Source: a virus (taxonomy: Duplodnaviria > Caudoviricetes). From it: a stretch of 64,000 nucleotides of DNA. The notes beneath the pieces were generated by a model. It saw only the letters and a list, made by a program, of their open reading frames with translations, was not told the DNA's origin and made no database searches. This document shows, one piece after another, positions 26,285 through 35,968 of the stretch (positions are counted from its first letter, which is position 1; each line of letters opens with the position of its first letter). The stretch spans positions 59,913-123,912 of the IMG/VR virus record IMGVR_UViG_3300033066_001528, one strand, 5' to 3'. Both the position numbers and the translations under genes were made by a program.

Positions 26285-27376
26285 TCAGGGGCGGGTTTTA
26301 ATGTAGAACTTACCCTGGTACTTCTCGATGGCGGAAACAGGAGCACCCATAGTTGTTAGGTGTTCAAAAGCCTTTATATAACTATCCAGGGGCTCGTAAT
26401 GAGTAACGAAAGACCAGCGAGACACCCCCTTTGGGACGGCGAAGTCTCTTTTTCGGACCATTGATGGGGTCACAGGGGGGGTGGATAACTCTGGAACCTT
26501 GGATTCATACTCCATCAAGTGATCAAAAGCCCGATCTTTAGCTTTCTCCAAAGCATCAGCATAACGGTAAACATTGGTCTCGGACCCCATCAGCAATTTT
26601 GACTGAAAAAAGACGAAACGTCGAAGGTCAGACGGATCCATAATGCGGGATAAAAACTTAAGCCTTGGCTCCTCATTTGCTTTCTGCAAATTCCAATCAA
26701 GAAAGCAACGCCACTTCTGACCGTAGATATCCGGCATATTATCGGAGAGTGTTTTTGAGGATCGAGCTAAAGCCACGTAAGCAACGTCAGGACCATATTT
26801 GTCCAGATCACCCCAAGAGACAAGAATGATGTTTTCCTGTCCTCTAGACCGATTGATTCTAGTCTTTACTTTGCGGGGTAGCCATTGCCTGGAAACACAT
26901 TCCTTGAGAAACCCAACGGCATCGAACCAAACAGCCCCATCTTTTTGCGTTACAAACTCATCACCCAAAGTCTTTGAGGCAACATGATTTGAATGGCCAA
27001 ACATGACCCTACATGCAATTTTTGAAGCAAGCCTAGATTCGGCTGTCATGTCTCTTAGGTCAAAACATTTGTCAATAAGTTTTTTTCTCAGGGCTCGTAA
27101 TTCCTGGGCTACCGATCTCGGATCATCGCCATCAATCCAACGAATCTGCAACTGACGAAGCTCATCATCCTTACCATCCATGAGGGAGAACCACTTACCC
27201 TTGTTGTCAAGAGAAACACCCTCTTCAAACAGCGCCTCAATTGTGAGAAAATGCTTACGAATACAATCCTCGCATCTTTTTCGAGGATTATTCAAATGGT
27301 CCTCTAGAAGAGCCAACTGCTTGCAAACCTCTCTCATATTATAGAGAGGGTGCATGACGGGTAAAAGGTCAGCCAT
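26285..27376 (-). CDS. Hypothetical protein with an N-terminal His/CxxC helical domain
   Basis: NMREVCKQLALLEDHL...RCEDCIRKHFLTIEAL. Confidence 0.7.
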   Translation of the reverse strand: MADLLPVMHPLYNMREVCKQLALLEDHLNNPRKRCEDCIRKHFLTIEALFEEGVSLDNKGKWFSLMDGKDDELRQLQIRWIDGDDPRSVAQELRALRKKLIDKCFDLRDMTAESRLASKIACRVMFGHSNHVASKTLGDEFVTQKDGAVWFDAVGFLKECVSRQWLPRKVKTRINRSRGQENIILVSWGDLDKYGPDVAYVALARSSKTLSDNMPDIYGQKWRCFLDWNLQKANEEPRLKFLSRIMDPSDLRRFVFFQSKLLMGSETNVYRYADALEKAKDRAFDHLMEYESKVPELSTPPVTPSMVRKRDFAVPKGVSRWSFVTHYEPLDSYIKAFEHLTTMGAPVSAIEKYQGKFYIKTRP

Positions 27377-28003
27377 TCATCGTCTCGTATTGCGTGTCAC
27401 ATAATTGCCAACAGCATAAGACAGGTCTTCGAAAGCAGACCTCAATTTCTCCCGAGCATCTTCTACCTGTTCGATCTCCTTGAGTATTTTTGGATCCATG
27501 GTTCCGCGAACATCCTGTAAGTATTGAAAAGTGGCTCCGGAGAAACTCTGGTACAGCCTCTTAAACCGAGATTCGGAAGAAATCAAATCAGCAAGGGACC
27601 CGGCGAATTTTTCCATGAATACATTGATCTGCCTTCTCATGGACACAAGGCTAGCGTTATAGGCCGTAGGCACCCGACCCCCGGTCTGATCAACGTTACG
27701 TTTGAAGATTTCTAGGACTTTATCAAGGTCACTGTTTGCCTGGATCAAAAGCTTCCTGACATCTTGAAGATTATCCTCATCAATGTCGGCAAGCCCCACT
27801 AGCCCATCCAGCCCTTTACGGAACCCTGACCCATAGGCATCCACGTATTCCAAAATACCGGAGGATGAAAGGGACAACATCCGAACGGAATGTACGAGAT
27901 CATCTTCGGCATCCGAAGACTTTTTCAAAATCGGTAGTAGATGGGGCCGAAGCTCCGGATTAGAACGGGCTAGTTTGATAAGCTTAGAGCGGAGAGAAGG
28001 CAT
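27377..28003 (-). CDS. Helical protein with the shared N-terminal leader
   Basis: MPSLRSKLIKLARSNPELRPHLLPILKKS (start 28003). Confidence 0.8.
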   Translation of the reverse strand: MPSLRSKLIKLARSNPELRPHLLPILKKSSDAEDDLVHSVRMLSLSSSGILEYVDAYGSGFRKGLDGLVGLADIDEDNLQDVRKLLIQANSDLDKVLEIFKRNVDQTGGRVPTAYNASLVSMRRQINVFMEKFAGSLADLISSESRFKRLYQSFSGATFQYLQDVRGTMDPKILKEIEQVEDAREKLRSAFEDLSYAVGNYVTRNTRR

Positions 28004-28207
28004 ACCCCCCACAGGCTATTGCAAAAAAAACGTCAGGAGTTGGAGGCCAACAAACCGATAACCAACCTCGGTGCCTATCCGTGGTAGGGGTCGATTTAAA
28101 TACCCCTATATCCGAATTCGCTAAACCAATTCTCAAACTTGGTTGGATGTTCTCCAACCGAATTAAGTTGGACCGGAGGGAAGACCTAACGTCGTCCCGG
28201 TATCAAC

Positions 28208-31200
28208 TCAAAACCTACCTTCCGGCTCCTCTTCCTTGGGCTTATATTTGAGCCCGAGATACCCGGCAATTTTCCCAACCACATCAGTATTTTCAGCTAG
28301 GGCTCGACCAACCTCACTGTAAAGACCCCTGAGAACCTCGTTGAAAGACGAATCTTGAAGAGTGAGAACGTCGCGCTTGAGCTTCTCGGATGTAGTGAGA
28401 GGATCTATGTTGAGCAACTCAAGAATGACATCCACGTCCAGAGAGCCTTTCTGGTAAAGGTTGAAAAGGGCATCGAAAGTGTCACTGTTGTCCCGCAGGG
28501 CAAGGCGGGTGAAAGACAACGTAGGGGTGATGACTTCCTCGTTACCATCCTCATCAACCTCAATAAAACCCATTCGGCGACACATGGGTTCAAGCAACTT
28601 GTTCTGAACCATATCTTGGAGCTCCTCCCGAAGAAGCATGTATCTGGTGTTGATGACCTCCAGATTGATCCTGTCACCAGAATAAGAGGATTCACCAGAG
28701 AGAAGTGACTCTGTCACACCCAACCCTGCGTAAAGCTGCCTGTCGGTGATTTCGTACTCGGTCGAAAGTTCAAGGAGCCTCTGCTGGGAACCCATCTCTT
28801 CCCATCGAAGTTCAAAGTTTACAATGATAGAGTAATCAGGATCCTGGAGAGCATAGTCCACCTGTTCCCGAACCTCGTCCAGTTGGTCTGCGGAAGCCCC
28901 CTCCGCCATCACAATACGAATGGGAGTCATGTGTCTAGATGCAATGGAAGTTTGGGATTGCCTTAGCTTGTCGCGGTACACCAGAGTGTGAAGACAGTTC
29001 TTTATCATCACTTTGGAGGTAACAAGAGAGTGATCCCCTTTCACATCGAAGGAATAGACATCACCTGTATACGGAACTGAATCGATTTTTTCAACTTTCC
29101 GGGTTAAAAAACCGCTCCTAAACCTGGATTTCCATCCATTCACTTCTCGCCATTGGATCCGAGAACCTTTGATCGAACCCCTCTCGGCCCACTTGCGCAC
29201 TCCCTCATAACGAGTGCACTCCAACACGGGGAAGGATTTATCGGGGTACTCGTAAGTCTTCTCAACCCAATCGTTCTTGACCTTGGACCACCAGCGACGG
29301 GTCCAGCTATGTGCCTTCTTGTGGGTCCAACGTGTATGGGTAGGAATACCCACCCGATTACAAAGGAGATGTAGCTGGTGGATGAGGTTATGGTTGTCCA
29401 GGGTGACGGAGATGACGGATTGTCTACCGTGGGAGAGGTACCCATCCGTATCCAAAACCCCACGAAGGAGTGCTAGGATGTGACCCTCTGGCAGATCGAA
29501 TACCCACCGTGGAATCCTCTTCGTCGTGCAGTCCCCCCCCATGGTATCCAGGAACCACCGAGCTAGCAATTGGTCTTTGAACCGAACTGACAGGTTGGAT
29601 TGTTTCGTCCCCGTCCCATAGGGGGGCTCTATGATGGCCGCTCCAAAGTAGAGGGTAGCCAGTTTCAGGACCAGGGCATGGAGTTGGGGGTCTCCCTTCC
29701 CGAAGGTCCACCCAATGGATGCGACGTTCAGTCCATCGGTCGTTGTCCACACGTCCCCGTCTCCCAACCACGTACCAAGGAGGTAACAGAAAGCTTCATC
29801 CAGGGGGATGGTGTTCACGGGTGAGGTATAGGTCACCGTCTTAGGGGATGGTGGAGTGAGAGCATCCCCCATGGGATACCAACGGGTAGATTTACCCTTG
29901 CCTCTGGGGGAATCTTGGAGGATGATCTCCTCGGTCCTCAGTCCGTGGGTCTCCCTAAGCTGGTTGGCATATAGGATGACCGTTGATCGGGTCAGACCTG
30001 TCTGATTTGCAACTTCCTGGTAGGTAGCCACCGTTGATTCCGTGAGGTTGGTGAGCCATGTGGCCAGAGATTGCTTTTTACGCTTCGCTTTCCCAATGGA
30101 CTTGTGGTCATTGGGGTAGGAGAAAGTGACACTCAGTCCGTTGTCCGTACTCACACTTTGAACCGTGAGGGTCCGGATTGGGGACCGTCGGGGTTGTGTG
30201 GTGAGGGTTCTTCCCTGCCACCAATGAGATAGATTGATCTCCGTGGGTGGTGGACCCTCTGGAATCACATGAGACTCCAACATGGTATCCCCTGGTTGTA
30301 GTTTACCGGACTCTAACCAGACATCCTGGTCGCCCCGAACGCACAGGACTTTATGATCAGATGTCAACCGCAGTGGTGTCTCCTCCCCTTCCAGGTAGAG
30401 GTGGGTGACTGTCTCATCAACGGGCCGGGATCCTTTGGTAGCAGGTTGGAACCTACCCTTGTGGGTGAGCAGTAGATCCGTGGCCGTATCGACCCCCTCC
30501 ACAGGAACCTCCTGGATGACCCCATCTCTCTCAATCGTTACCGGGGTACCAGGGAGAAGGCACCTTTCCAGGATGGAGTGCCCATGTGGCTCATACTGGC
30601 TTTTTTTACGAGCCATACAATAGACAAAAGATCCGGCGTCCGGATCCGTATTTAGAGGAATGTTTCCCCCTTCCACGATGGCACCAACGACATCTTGGGG
30701 CATGGAACGAACGATTCTCTCAGCATTTTCGTCTCCAGCAATGGCCCTGTTGACAATGTCTTTAGTTTTCGAGTCCGGGATAAGCTGAACTAAAACCTCA
30801 TCGGTAAAAGGGAATGCCTCCATGTGAATCTGCTCAGGAGGCATAACCCGGAGAGCCGTCCACCCCTTGTAATTCCTCCGCAACCATTTTTCAGCCCGTT
30901 CATCAGCGTCCGGATAAGGGACCTTTTTTTCAGTTGGGTCCCCGTTAGCGTCCAACTCTTGAATGGTCTCATGAGTAACGGATTCTGGCATATCCGGAGA
31001 AGTGTCCTCGGCAAAAACCCACACTTCACCTAAAAGATGGTAGTCATGTACAATCTCAATCAACCGATGTAGAAGACCTACTTTTTTCGCCCATTTTGTG
31101 CAGAAGTCAAGGGACTTGAGTGCAATGTCACGATTTTTCGCTTTGGGCATCCCAAGACGGATTTTGGAGAGTGGTAGTTCTGTATGTAAGTCCACCGCCT

Positions 31201-31495
31201 GACCAACAAAAGGATCGTAGGTATAAAAGTGGCGGAAAAAATTCCGCTTCTCATCAATAGATTGAGGGAGCTCTAAAAAGTCGGTGCTTAATTGAGGACT
31301 ATAGAAGTTGCCACCCATACCCCCAACGGTGTTTCCCGTGGAGGGGTACGCAACTTTAGAGCGAAGCTTGTCTGTGGCCACCCTACGGGGCCTACCATTC
31401 TGAACGTGCTTCTTTGGAGGTATCTTCGCTACCTCCACTGCCTCTTCGGATGGCTTTGGTCTCCCGTTATGGATTATTTTCTTGGGGGTAGTCAT
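28208..31495 (-). CDS. Portal protein with an intein
   Basis: Downstream of TerL; DPFVGQAVDLHTELPLSK, HGHSILER|CL, LYAGLGVTESLLSGE; about 573 aa after splicing. Confidence 0.85.
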   Translation of the reverse strand: MTTPKKIIHNGRPKPSEEAVEVAKIPPKKHVQNGRPRRVATDKLRSKVAYPSTGNTVGGMGGNFYSPQLSTDFLELPQSIDEKRNFFRHFYTYDPFVGQAVDLHTELPLSKIRLGMPKAKNRDIALKSLDFCTKWAKKVGLLHRLIEIVHDYHLLGEVWVFAEDTSPDMPESVTHETIQELDANGDPTEKKVPYPDADERAEKWLRRNYKGWTALRVMPPEQIHMEAFPFTDEVLVQLIPDSKTKDIVNRAIAGDENAERIVRSMPQDVVGAIVEGGNIPLNTDPDAGSFVYCMARKKSQYEPHGHSILERCLLPGTPVTIERDGVIQEVPVEGVDTATDLLLTHKGRFQPATKGSRPVDETVTHLYLEGEETPLRLTSDHKVLCVRGDQDVWLESGKLQPGDTMLESHVIPEGPPPTEINLSHWWQGRTLTTQPRRSPIRTLTVQSVSTDNGLSVTFSYPNDHKSIGKAKRKKQSLATWLTNLTESTVATYQEVANQTGLTRSTVILYANQLRETHGLRTEEIILQDSPRGKGKSTRWYPMGDALTPPSPKTVTYTSPVNTIPLDEAFCYLLGTWLGDGDVWTTTDGLNVASIGWTFGKGDPQLHALVLKLATLYFGAAIIEPPYGTGTKQSNLSVRFKDQLLARWFLDTMGGDCTTKRIPRWVFDLPEGHILALLRGVLDTDGYLSHGRQSVISVTLDNHNLIHQLHLLCNRVGIPTHTRWTHKKAHSWTRRWWSKVKNDWVEKTYEYPDKSFPVLECTRYEGVRKWAERGSIKGSRIQWREVNGWKSRFRSGFLTRKVEKIDSVPYTGDVYSFDVKGDHSLVTSKVMIKNCLHTLVYRDKLRQSQTSIASRHMTPIRIVMAEGASADQLDEVREQVDYALQDPDYSIIVNFELRWEEMGSQQRLLELSTEYEITDRQLYAGLGVTESLLSGESSYSGDRINLEVINTRYMLLREELQDMVQNKLLEPMCRRMGFIEVDEDGNEEVITPTLSFTRLALRDNSDTFDALFNLYQKGSLDVDVILELLNIDPLTTSEKLKRDVLTLQDSSFNEVLRGLYSEVGRALAENTDVVGKIAGYLGLKYKPKEEEPEGRF
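28997..30562 (-). mobile_element. Intein (522 aa) with LAGLIDADG endonuclease and an HTH insert
   Basis: CLLPGTPV...LTSDHKV...YLLGTWLGDG...LRGVLDTDG...VYSFDVKGDHSL...IKN|C. Confidence 0.9.
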
Positions 31496-31791
31496 TCGGA
31501 TTCAGCCTCGGGTACTAGCGGTGTATCTTGCACTTTTGGCTTCCTTTCTTTAAGGACAGGCTTTTCTTCCTCTATAATCGATTGAATCCTTCGAACTCGA
31601 TCCATGGAATAGAGAGTACGGGTTAAGTCATCCCTTGTGGACCTTGAAGAACGAGCTAGAAGAGGTTCTTTTCTCGCAACCTCGTCACACAACCGTAAGG
31701 CATCAATAAGAATCCTTCTGGCATCATCAACCTTCCGTTGAATGAGCTTATCCATAGGGTGGGTTGAAAGGGTGGACCTAAGTCTACTCAT
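31492..31791 (-). CDS. Hypothetical protein
   Basis: 99-aa ORF overlapping both neighbours. Confidence 0.6.
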   Translation of the reverse strand: MSRLRSTLSTHPMDKLIQRKVDDARRILIDALRLCDEVARKEPLLARSSRSTRDDLTRTLYSMDRVRRIQSIIEEEKPVLKERKPKVQDTPLVPEAESE

Positions 31792-32029
31792 TGGATTTAG
31801 TCAGATGACCCGTCTTATAGGCTACACGGAGGACCCTCTTCAAGAGCCCCAAATCCTTAGCGGACCCCAAAAAAAGCTTCTCCCAAGATCCACCAGCTTT
31901 AGCAAATACCGAAGCCACCTTCAAATATTCGTCCCCTTTGGGGGTCACGTCACCACCATAGGTAGCCGTAAGAAGTCGTCTGATAACTCTGTGGTCGGCT
32001 CGGATAGGACTTTCCACTGTAACCTTCAT
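31784..32029 (-). CDS. Hypothetical protein
   Basis: 81-aa ORF with an ATGA overlap with the TerL stop. Confidence 0.65.
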   Translation of the reverse strand: MKVTVESPIRADHRVIRRLLTATYGGDVTPKGDEYLKVASVFAKAGGSWEKLFLGSAKDLGLLKRVLRVAYKTGHLTKSNE

Positions 32030-35000
32030 CGGAACCTCCCCCGAGTGAACCCTCCCGGCCTACGGGGAATCATTCTTGATTCATGAGATCCGGAGCGAAG
32101 AAGTTTCTGACGAAGAGATAATGCAGGGGCAATCATCGGAAGGTGAGCCCCATGACCTTGGGCTTTACCAAAGGCTACCAGTCTAGACATTTTGTTGCTG
32201 GCCAACCACACCATACGGACCAAAGCATCGGATCTGTCATCATGCTTCCCTTCCATATTAGGAGCTTCAACTACTGTCACATATTTGCTCACGTATTGGG
32301 CTTGAAGCTCAGTGAGCTCTTTGAGGTAATCACAGAAGTCCTCCCCTTGAGGGATAGGCCAGTTATACAGAGCAAGCCTCTTATCCCACATCATATCCTT
32401 GAAATTCTGATACATTTGAGAAGCAAGAATCTTTGTCATGGGAGTGGCCTTCATTTGATTCAAGCCACGTTTCATTAGAGCCTGTTCAAATGGAATGCCC
32501 GCCCACTGGTCAAAAATACCTTCCTGGATATAGAATTTCTTAGACAGATCCAGAACCCAATCAGCCACCTCGTCAAATTCAAGGCGCTCTCTATCCGAGT
32601 ACTTGCCCTCACCAGCCTTCATCTGTTCCACCATATCAAGGTGGATAACACCGTCACTATCATTGTGTCCTATTGCAACCGCGGTCCCGTCGCCTACCAG
32701 ACCCAAGTCTAAGCCAAGGAAATGGGGGTATCGGGGAGCACCGCGAACAACGGGTCTGGCATCTAACCTAACACATGCTTTCAAATCATCCTTGCGCTCA
32801 ATCCAGCCTCGTGTACGGTCGCTGAACTCTGCCCCGAACTCAGTAGCAAATACAGTAGCCCCTTTGGCATAGCTTGATTCGAGGAAGGAAGCCTCGATTG
32901 AAGAGTTGACCTCCCAGGTTGGTGCCTGGATGCATAACATATCTTCGGCGGGTTTGCCCCCGGACATTCCAATCTGGAACATCTTGTAGAAAAACCCCTG
33001 ACATCCCATGGGGCTGCTAATAAGAATCATCCGGGCCTCTACGGGCCCTAAAGCCTTGGTCTTATCTTTAGGGTCCTTTGGGGAGTAGGCGGCTTGAGAT
33101 GGGTACACCGCGTCGTACACGGATTCAGCCGAAGACTGTCCGTTATCCGTAAAGTGCGCAACCTCATCTAAAACAACAACAATGTTACCTGCACCACGCA
33201 AACCTTTAGCAACGCAAGATCGGAAAGTGACCTTCAAAGTAGCTTTGGCGCCCGGGTTGTCGGCATAACTGCCATACTTAGCAATGTCCGAAGGTGTTTG
33301 AAATCTAGCGTAAGATTGTGTGTTGTTAGCTGTATAGGGAGCAAAAAAATTGCAGGATCGAAAGTGACCGCTAGCCTCTTGATAAAGAAGACCCGCCTGA
33401 TCTTTGTCCGTAGCAACCGCAATTAACTGGATGTTGTTAATTGCAGGCAGACCATAATATTTCTGAGGATCCCCTTTTAGGATGAGCTTGTAAACCTCAT
33501 ACCCGAAAATACAAGCACTAATCGTAGTGTTGTGATTTGTCAACCCATTAGCTACAAAGCTTTCCCCCTCCGGAACATTCAAATCATATACCCTTGCTTC
33601 TCCAGAGGATACATTGACCACGGGGTCAAAGAAATAATCTGACTCCAAAATCTTCCAGAAATGAGATACAACGGAAGAGTCTAGACCCCAAACCTTAGCA
33701 AGTGGAAGGATCTTTTGGATTCTATTGTAAGTAGCTTCTTCGGAGCTCCCTGGCTTGATGATATTGCCAAAAGCCTTTCGAAACATACCAACAGTTCCCT
33801 TTGGACTATCCTCTGGTATAGACTTCAATAATCGAAGAAACCATTCACGTTGATAAGGAACGGATTCGGTATCCCCCCCCTCCCTATCTACGTCCAATAA
33901 ACCTATGTGTAAAGGAACACTCTTTTTGGCAGAGCGGAATCCAATCTCCCGAGCGAAGGTTTTTCGAGATCGGAGGCCCAGCAAAATAAGTTCGTAGTAT
34001 GTCCGGTTATATTTTTTGACATATTTGTGACGAATTCTGGAAATAACCCCAAAATTCAATAAGAGAACCTGAGTCTCTTTCGCAAGAGTTTCGGAAGCTG
34101 TGCAGAATGAGACGGTTTTTCCATTTTTGGTGACAGATCCATCAGTCTCAAACAACCCTTGAAGGTAAGCCTTAACCACATCCCTAGGAGACCGTAAAAT
34201 AACCCAAGGAGTCTTTTTTGTGTCGGCCTTAGAACCCCAATCAAATCCAAGATTATGGAGAAATTCCCTCATTGCCTTATCATGGGTGCGAAGGGAACCC
34301 GTCTGCTTCGTTCTCTTATCCGGCTGGAAAGAAACTTTGCCAAAAAGATCCTGAAAAAGACCGCTAACTTCTTGACGAGTTTCTGGATGCTCGACAGTAA
34401 CGGCCATGCCACTGCGCGCAGTCCAAGACCCATCCCCAACCAAATACCCCATAAGCAAACCCCACTTGGCACCAAACATTTCTGGCTGGGGGCAAAATTT
34501 ATTCCTCACCGACCCTACCATATAAGGTCGGGTGTCAACGTAATTAGAGGCCCAAAAATCAGTATTCCGGTGGACGGCTAAAAAGTCACCAACCTGAATT
34601 TGGTCTAATCTTTTCCAATCAACCACACCATTGGGTCCAAGAACCCTGACTCGGTGATTCCCCGTCCCCTCTACCCCCATTCCACAATAGGAACCAATTT
34701 TAATTGTTGGACGAACTCCGCCATTATAGAAGTAAGCCGACCGAGACCTGGAAGACCCCTCTTGGGAAACCCCTATGGACAAAGGCTGCACTTCAGGTCC
34801 CAAGGGGTCACCTAGAGAAGCAAGGGGGAAGATACCGGAATCCGTAAGGACCAGGGTATCACCCACCACACATTTCCCGGACCTCCTACCCAAACTCAGA
34901 CACATCTTTGGTAGTTGCTTGCCCGGGATGACCTCCTTGATATTGGAACGGCTCTCACTATAAAGGTACTCAAGGTATTGCTTTTCAGTCATCTGTCTTG

Positions 35001-35208
35001 GGTTCTGTCGTCTCCAATCAGTGACGGTAAAAGTATCCTTGTCATCTAGGGGTATGCCGTAGTGAGCTTTGATAATGATTCGCTGGACGGGGAAGAGTTT
35101 CATCTTCAACCCCCAGTCACTCTCCATGAATTCCAATGGGCCAACCGGAACATTGCTCATAGGCGTTGCCGCCCGAGCTCCGGCTAATATTGCGCTCCCA
35201 AGAGTCAT
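32026..35208 (-). CDS. terL: Terminase large subunit with an intein in Walker A
   Basis: GRRSGK|TT Walker A, VVVLDEVAHF Walker B, ISSP motif III, LGLDLG and HDDRSDA nuclease motifs. Confidence 0.92.
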   Translation of the reverse strand: MTLGSAILAGARAATPMSNVPVGPLEFMESDWGLKMKLFPVQRIIIKAHYGIPLDDKDTFTVTDWRRQNPRQMTEKQYLEYLYSESRSNIKEVIPGKQLPKMCLSLGRRSGKCVVGDTLVLTDSGIFPLASLGDPLGPEVQPLSIGVSQEGSSRSRSAYFYNGGVRPTIKIGSYCGMGVEGTGNHRVRVLGPNGVVDWKRLDQIQVGDFLAVHRNTDFWASNYVDTRPYMVGSVRNKFCPQPEMFGAKWGLLMGYLVGDGSWTARSGMAVTVEHPETRQEVSGLFQDLFGKVSFQPDKRTKQTGSLRTHDKAMREFLHNLGFDWGSKADTKKTPWVILRSPRDVVKAYLQGLFETDGSVTKNGKTVSFCTASETLAKETQVLLLNFGVISRIRHKYVKKYNRTYYELILLGLRSRKTFAREIGFRSAKKSVPLHIGLLDVDREGGDTESVPYQREWFLRLLKSIPEDSPKGTVGMFRKAFGNIIKPGSSEEATYNRIQKILPLAKVWGLDSSVVSHFWKILESDYFFDPVVNVSSGEARVYDLNVPEGESFVANGLTNHNTTISACIFGYEVYKLILKGDPQKYYGLPAINNIQLIAVATDKDQAGLLYQEASGHFRSCNFFAPYTANNTQSYARFQTPSDIAKYGSYADNPGAKATLKVTFRSCVAKGLRGAGNIVVVLDEVAHFTDNGQSSAESVYDAVYPSQAAYSPKDPKDKTKALGPVEARMILISSPMGCQGFFYKMFQIGMSGGKPAEDMLCIQAPTWEVNSSIEASFLESSYAKGATVFATEFGAEFSDRTRGWIERKDDLKACVRLDARPVVRGAPRYPHFLGLDLGLVGDGTAVAIGHNDSDGVIHLDMVEQMKAGEGKYSDRERLEFDEVADWVLDLSKKFYIQEGIFDQWAGIPFEQALMKRGLNQMKATPMTKILASQMYQNFKDMMWDKRLALYNWPIPQGEDFCDYLKELTELQAQYVSKYVTVVEAPNMEGKHDDRSDALVRMVWLASNKMSRLVAFGKAQGHGAHLPMIAPALSLRQKLLRSGSHESRMIPRRPGGFTRGRFR
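33529..34872 (-). mobile_element. Intein (448 aa) with LAGLIDADG endonuclease
   Basis: CVVGDTLV...GTGNHRV...LMGYLVGDG...LQGLFETDG...VYDLNVPEGESFVANGLTNHN|T. Confidence 0.95.
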
Positions 35209-35209
35209 A

Positions 35210-35932
35210 TCAGCTTTCCTTCATTCTGGACTTGAGCTCATTTTTCCAGGAAGGGTCATCCATTGCCTTCACCAGATGATTGAAAACAGAGTTAATCATC
35301 GCCTCATGAAGCCCGGCAGATTGCATAGCCCCGGAAAAAGTCTCCGACATAAATCTCAAAACAGCTTCAAAAACCGGAGATTCAATATCGATGGATCTGC
35401 TTTGAAGTTGCTCTTTCCGCTTGATCCAAGAGTCCCCAAGGGCTTTGAGCACCTGAGCTCGCCTCATAGATAGAGTGCTTGTATCCTGCCCCTGACGTTC
35501 GGCTTCCATTCGTTCAAACCTCATGGAAGCCTGCTCCTCGGCCAAACCCATAATAACCTGATGCAGAACATCAGTTGATTCAGGAGTATCCTGGGCTACC
35601 TGTACGATAGCATCCGAGCGGATTGTGGCGGCTTTGACCTTAATCAGGTCCCCAACTGCCGGAGTGGCTGGTGGTAGAACATCAGACAACTCCACTTTAG
35701 GTGGGCGACCAATTTTGGAAATGAAAGTTGGCTTACCAGACCTGTCTAGGTCTGGTGTATCGGTAGTGAAAATCTCATCGAGTTTTCTCCAGCGAACAGC
35801 CCCCTTTTCGTCAATGACTTTAATTCGAGTGCTGCCCGGTGGGACAAGAAACCCGAACACTTTTTGAGTTGGGGTCTCTAGCGGCTCAAGATCCTCAATA
35901 GGAAGAAGTCCGGGATCTTTCTGTGAACTCAT
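35210..35932 (-). CDS. Probable terminase small subunit
   Basis: Directly upstream of TerL; helical C-terminal half; positional inference. Confidence 0.5.
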   Translation of the reverse strand: MSSQKDPGLLPIEDLEPLETPTQKVFGFLVPPGSTRIKVIDEKGAVRWRKLDEIFTTDTPDLDRSGKPTFISKIGRPPKVELSDVLPPATPAVGDLIKVKAATIRSDAIVQVAQDTPESTDVLHQVIMGLAEEQASMRFERMEAERQGQDTSTLSMRRAQVLKALGDSWIKRKEQLQSRSIDIESPVFEAVLRFMSETFSGAMQSAGLHEAMINSVFNHLVKAMDDPSWKNELKSRMKES

Positions 35933-35968
35933 ACCCCACCCATTTTATAGGTGGGGTAATGGGGGATT

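Noticed and set aside
28013-28207. Possible tRNA in the intergenic gap
   Set aside because: No T-loop GTTCRA or cloverleaf found on either strand.
31750-31791. MSRLRSTL start resembles the beginning of the leader
   Set aside because: No LA-x2-P or LLPLLK follows.
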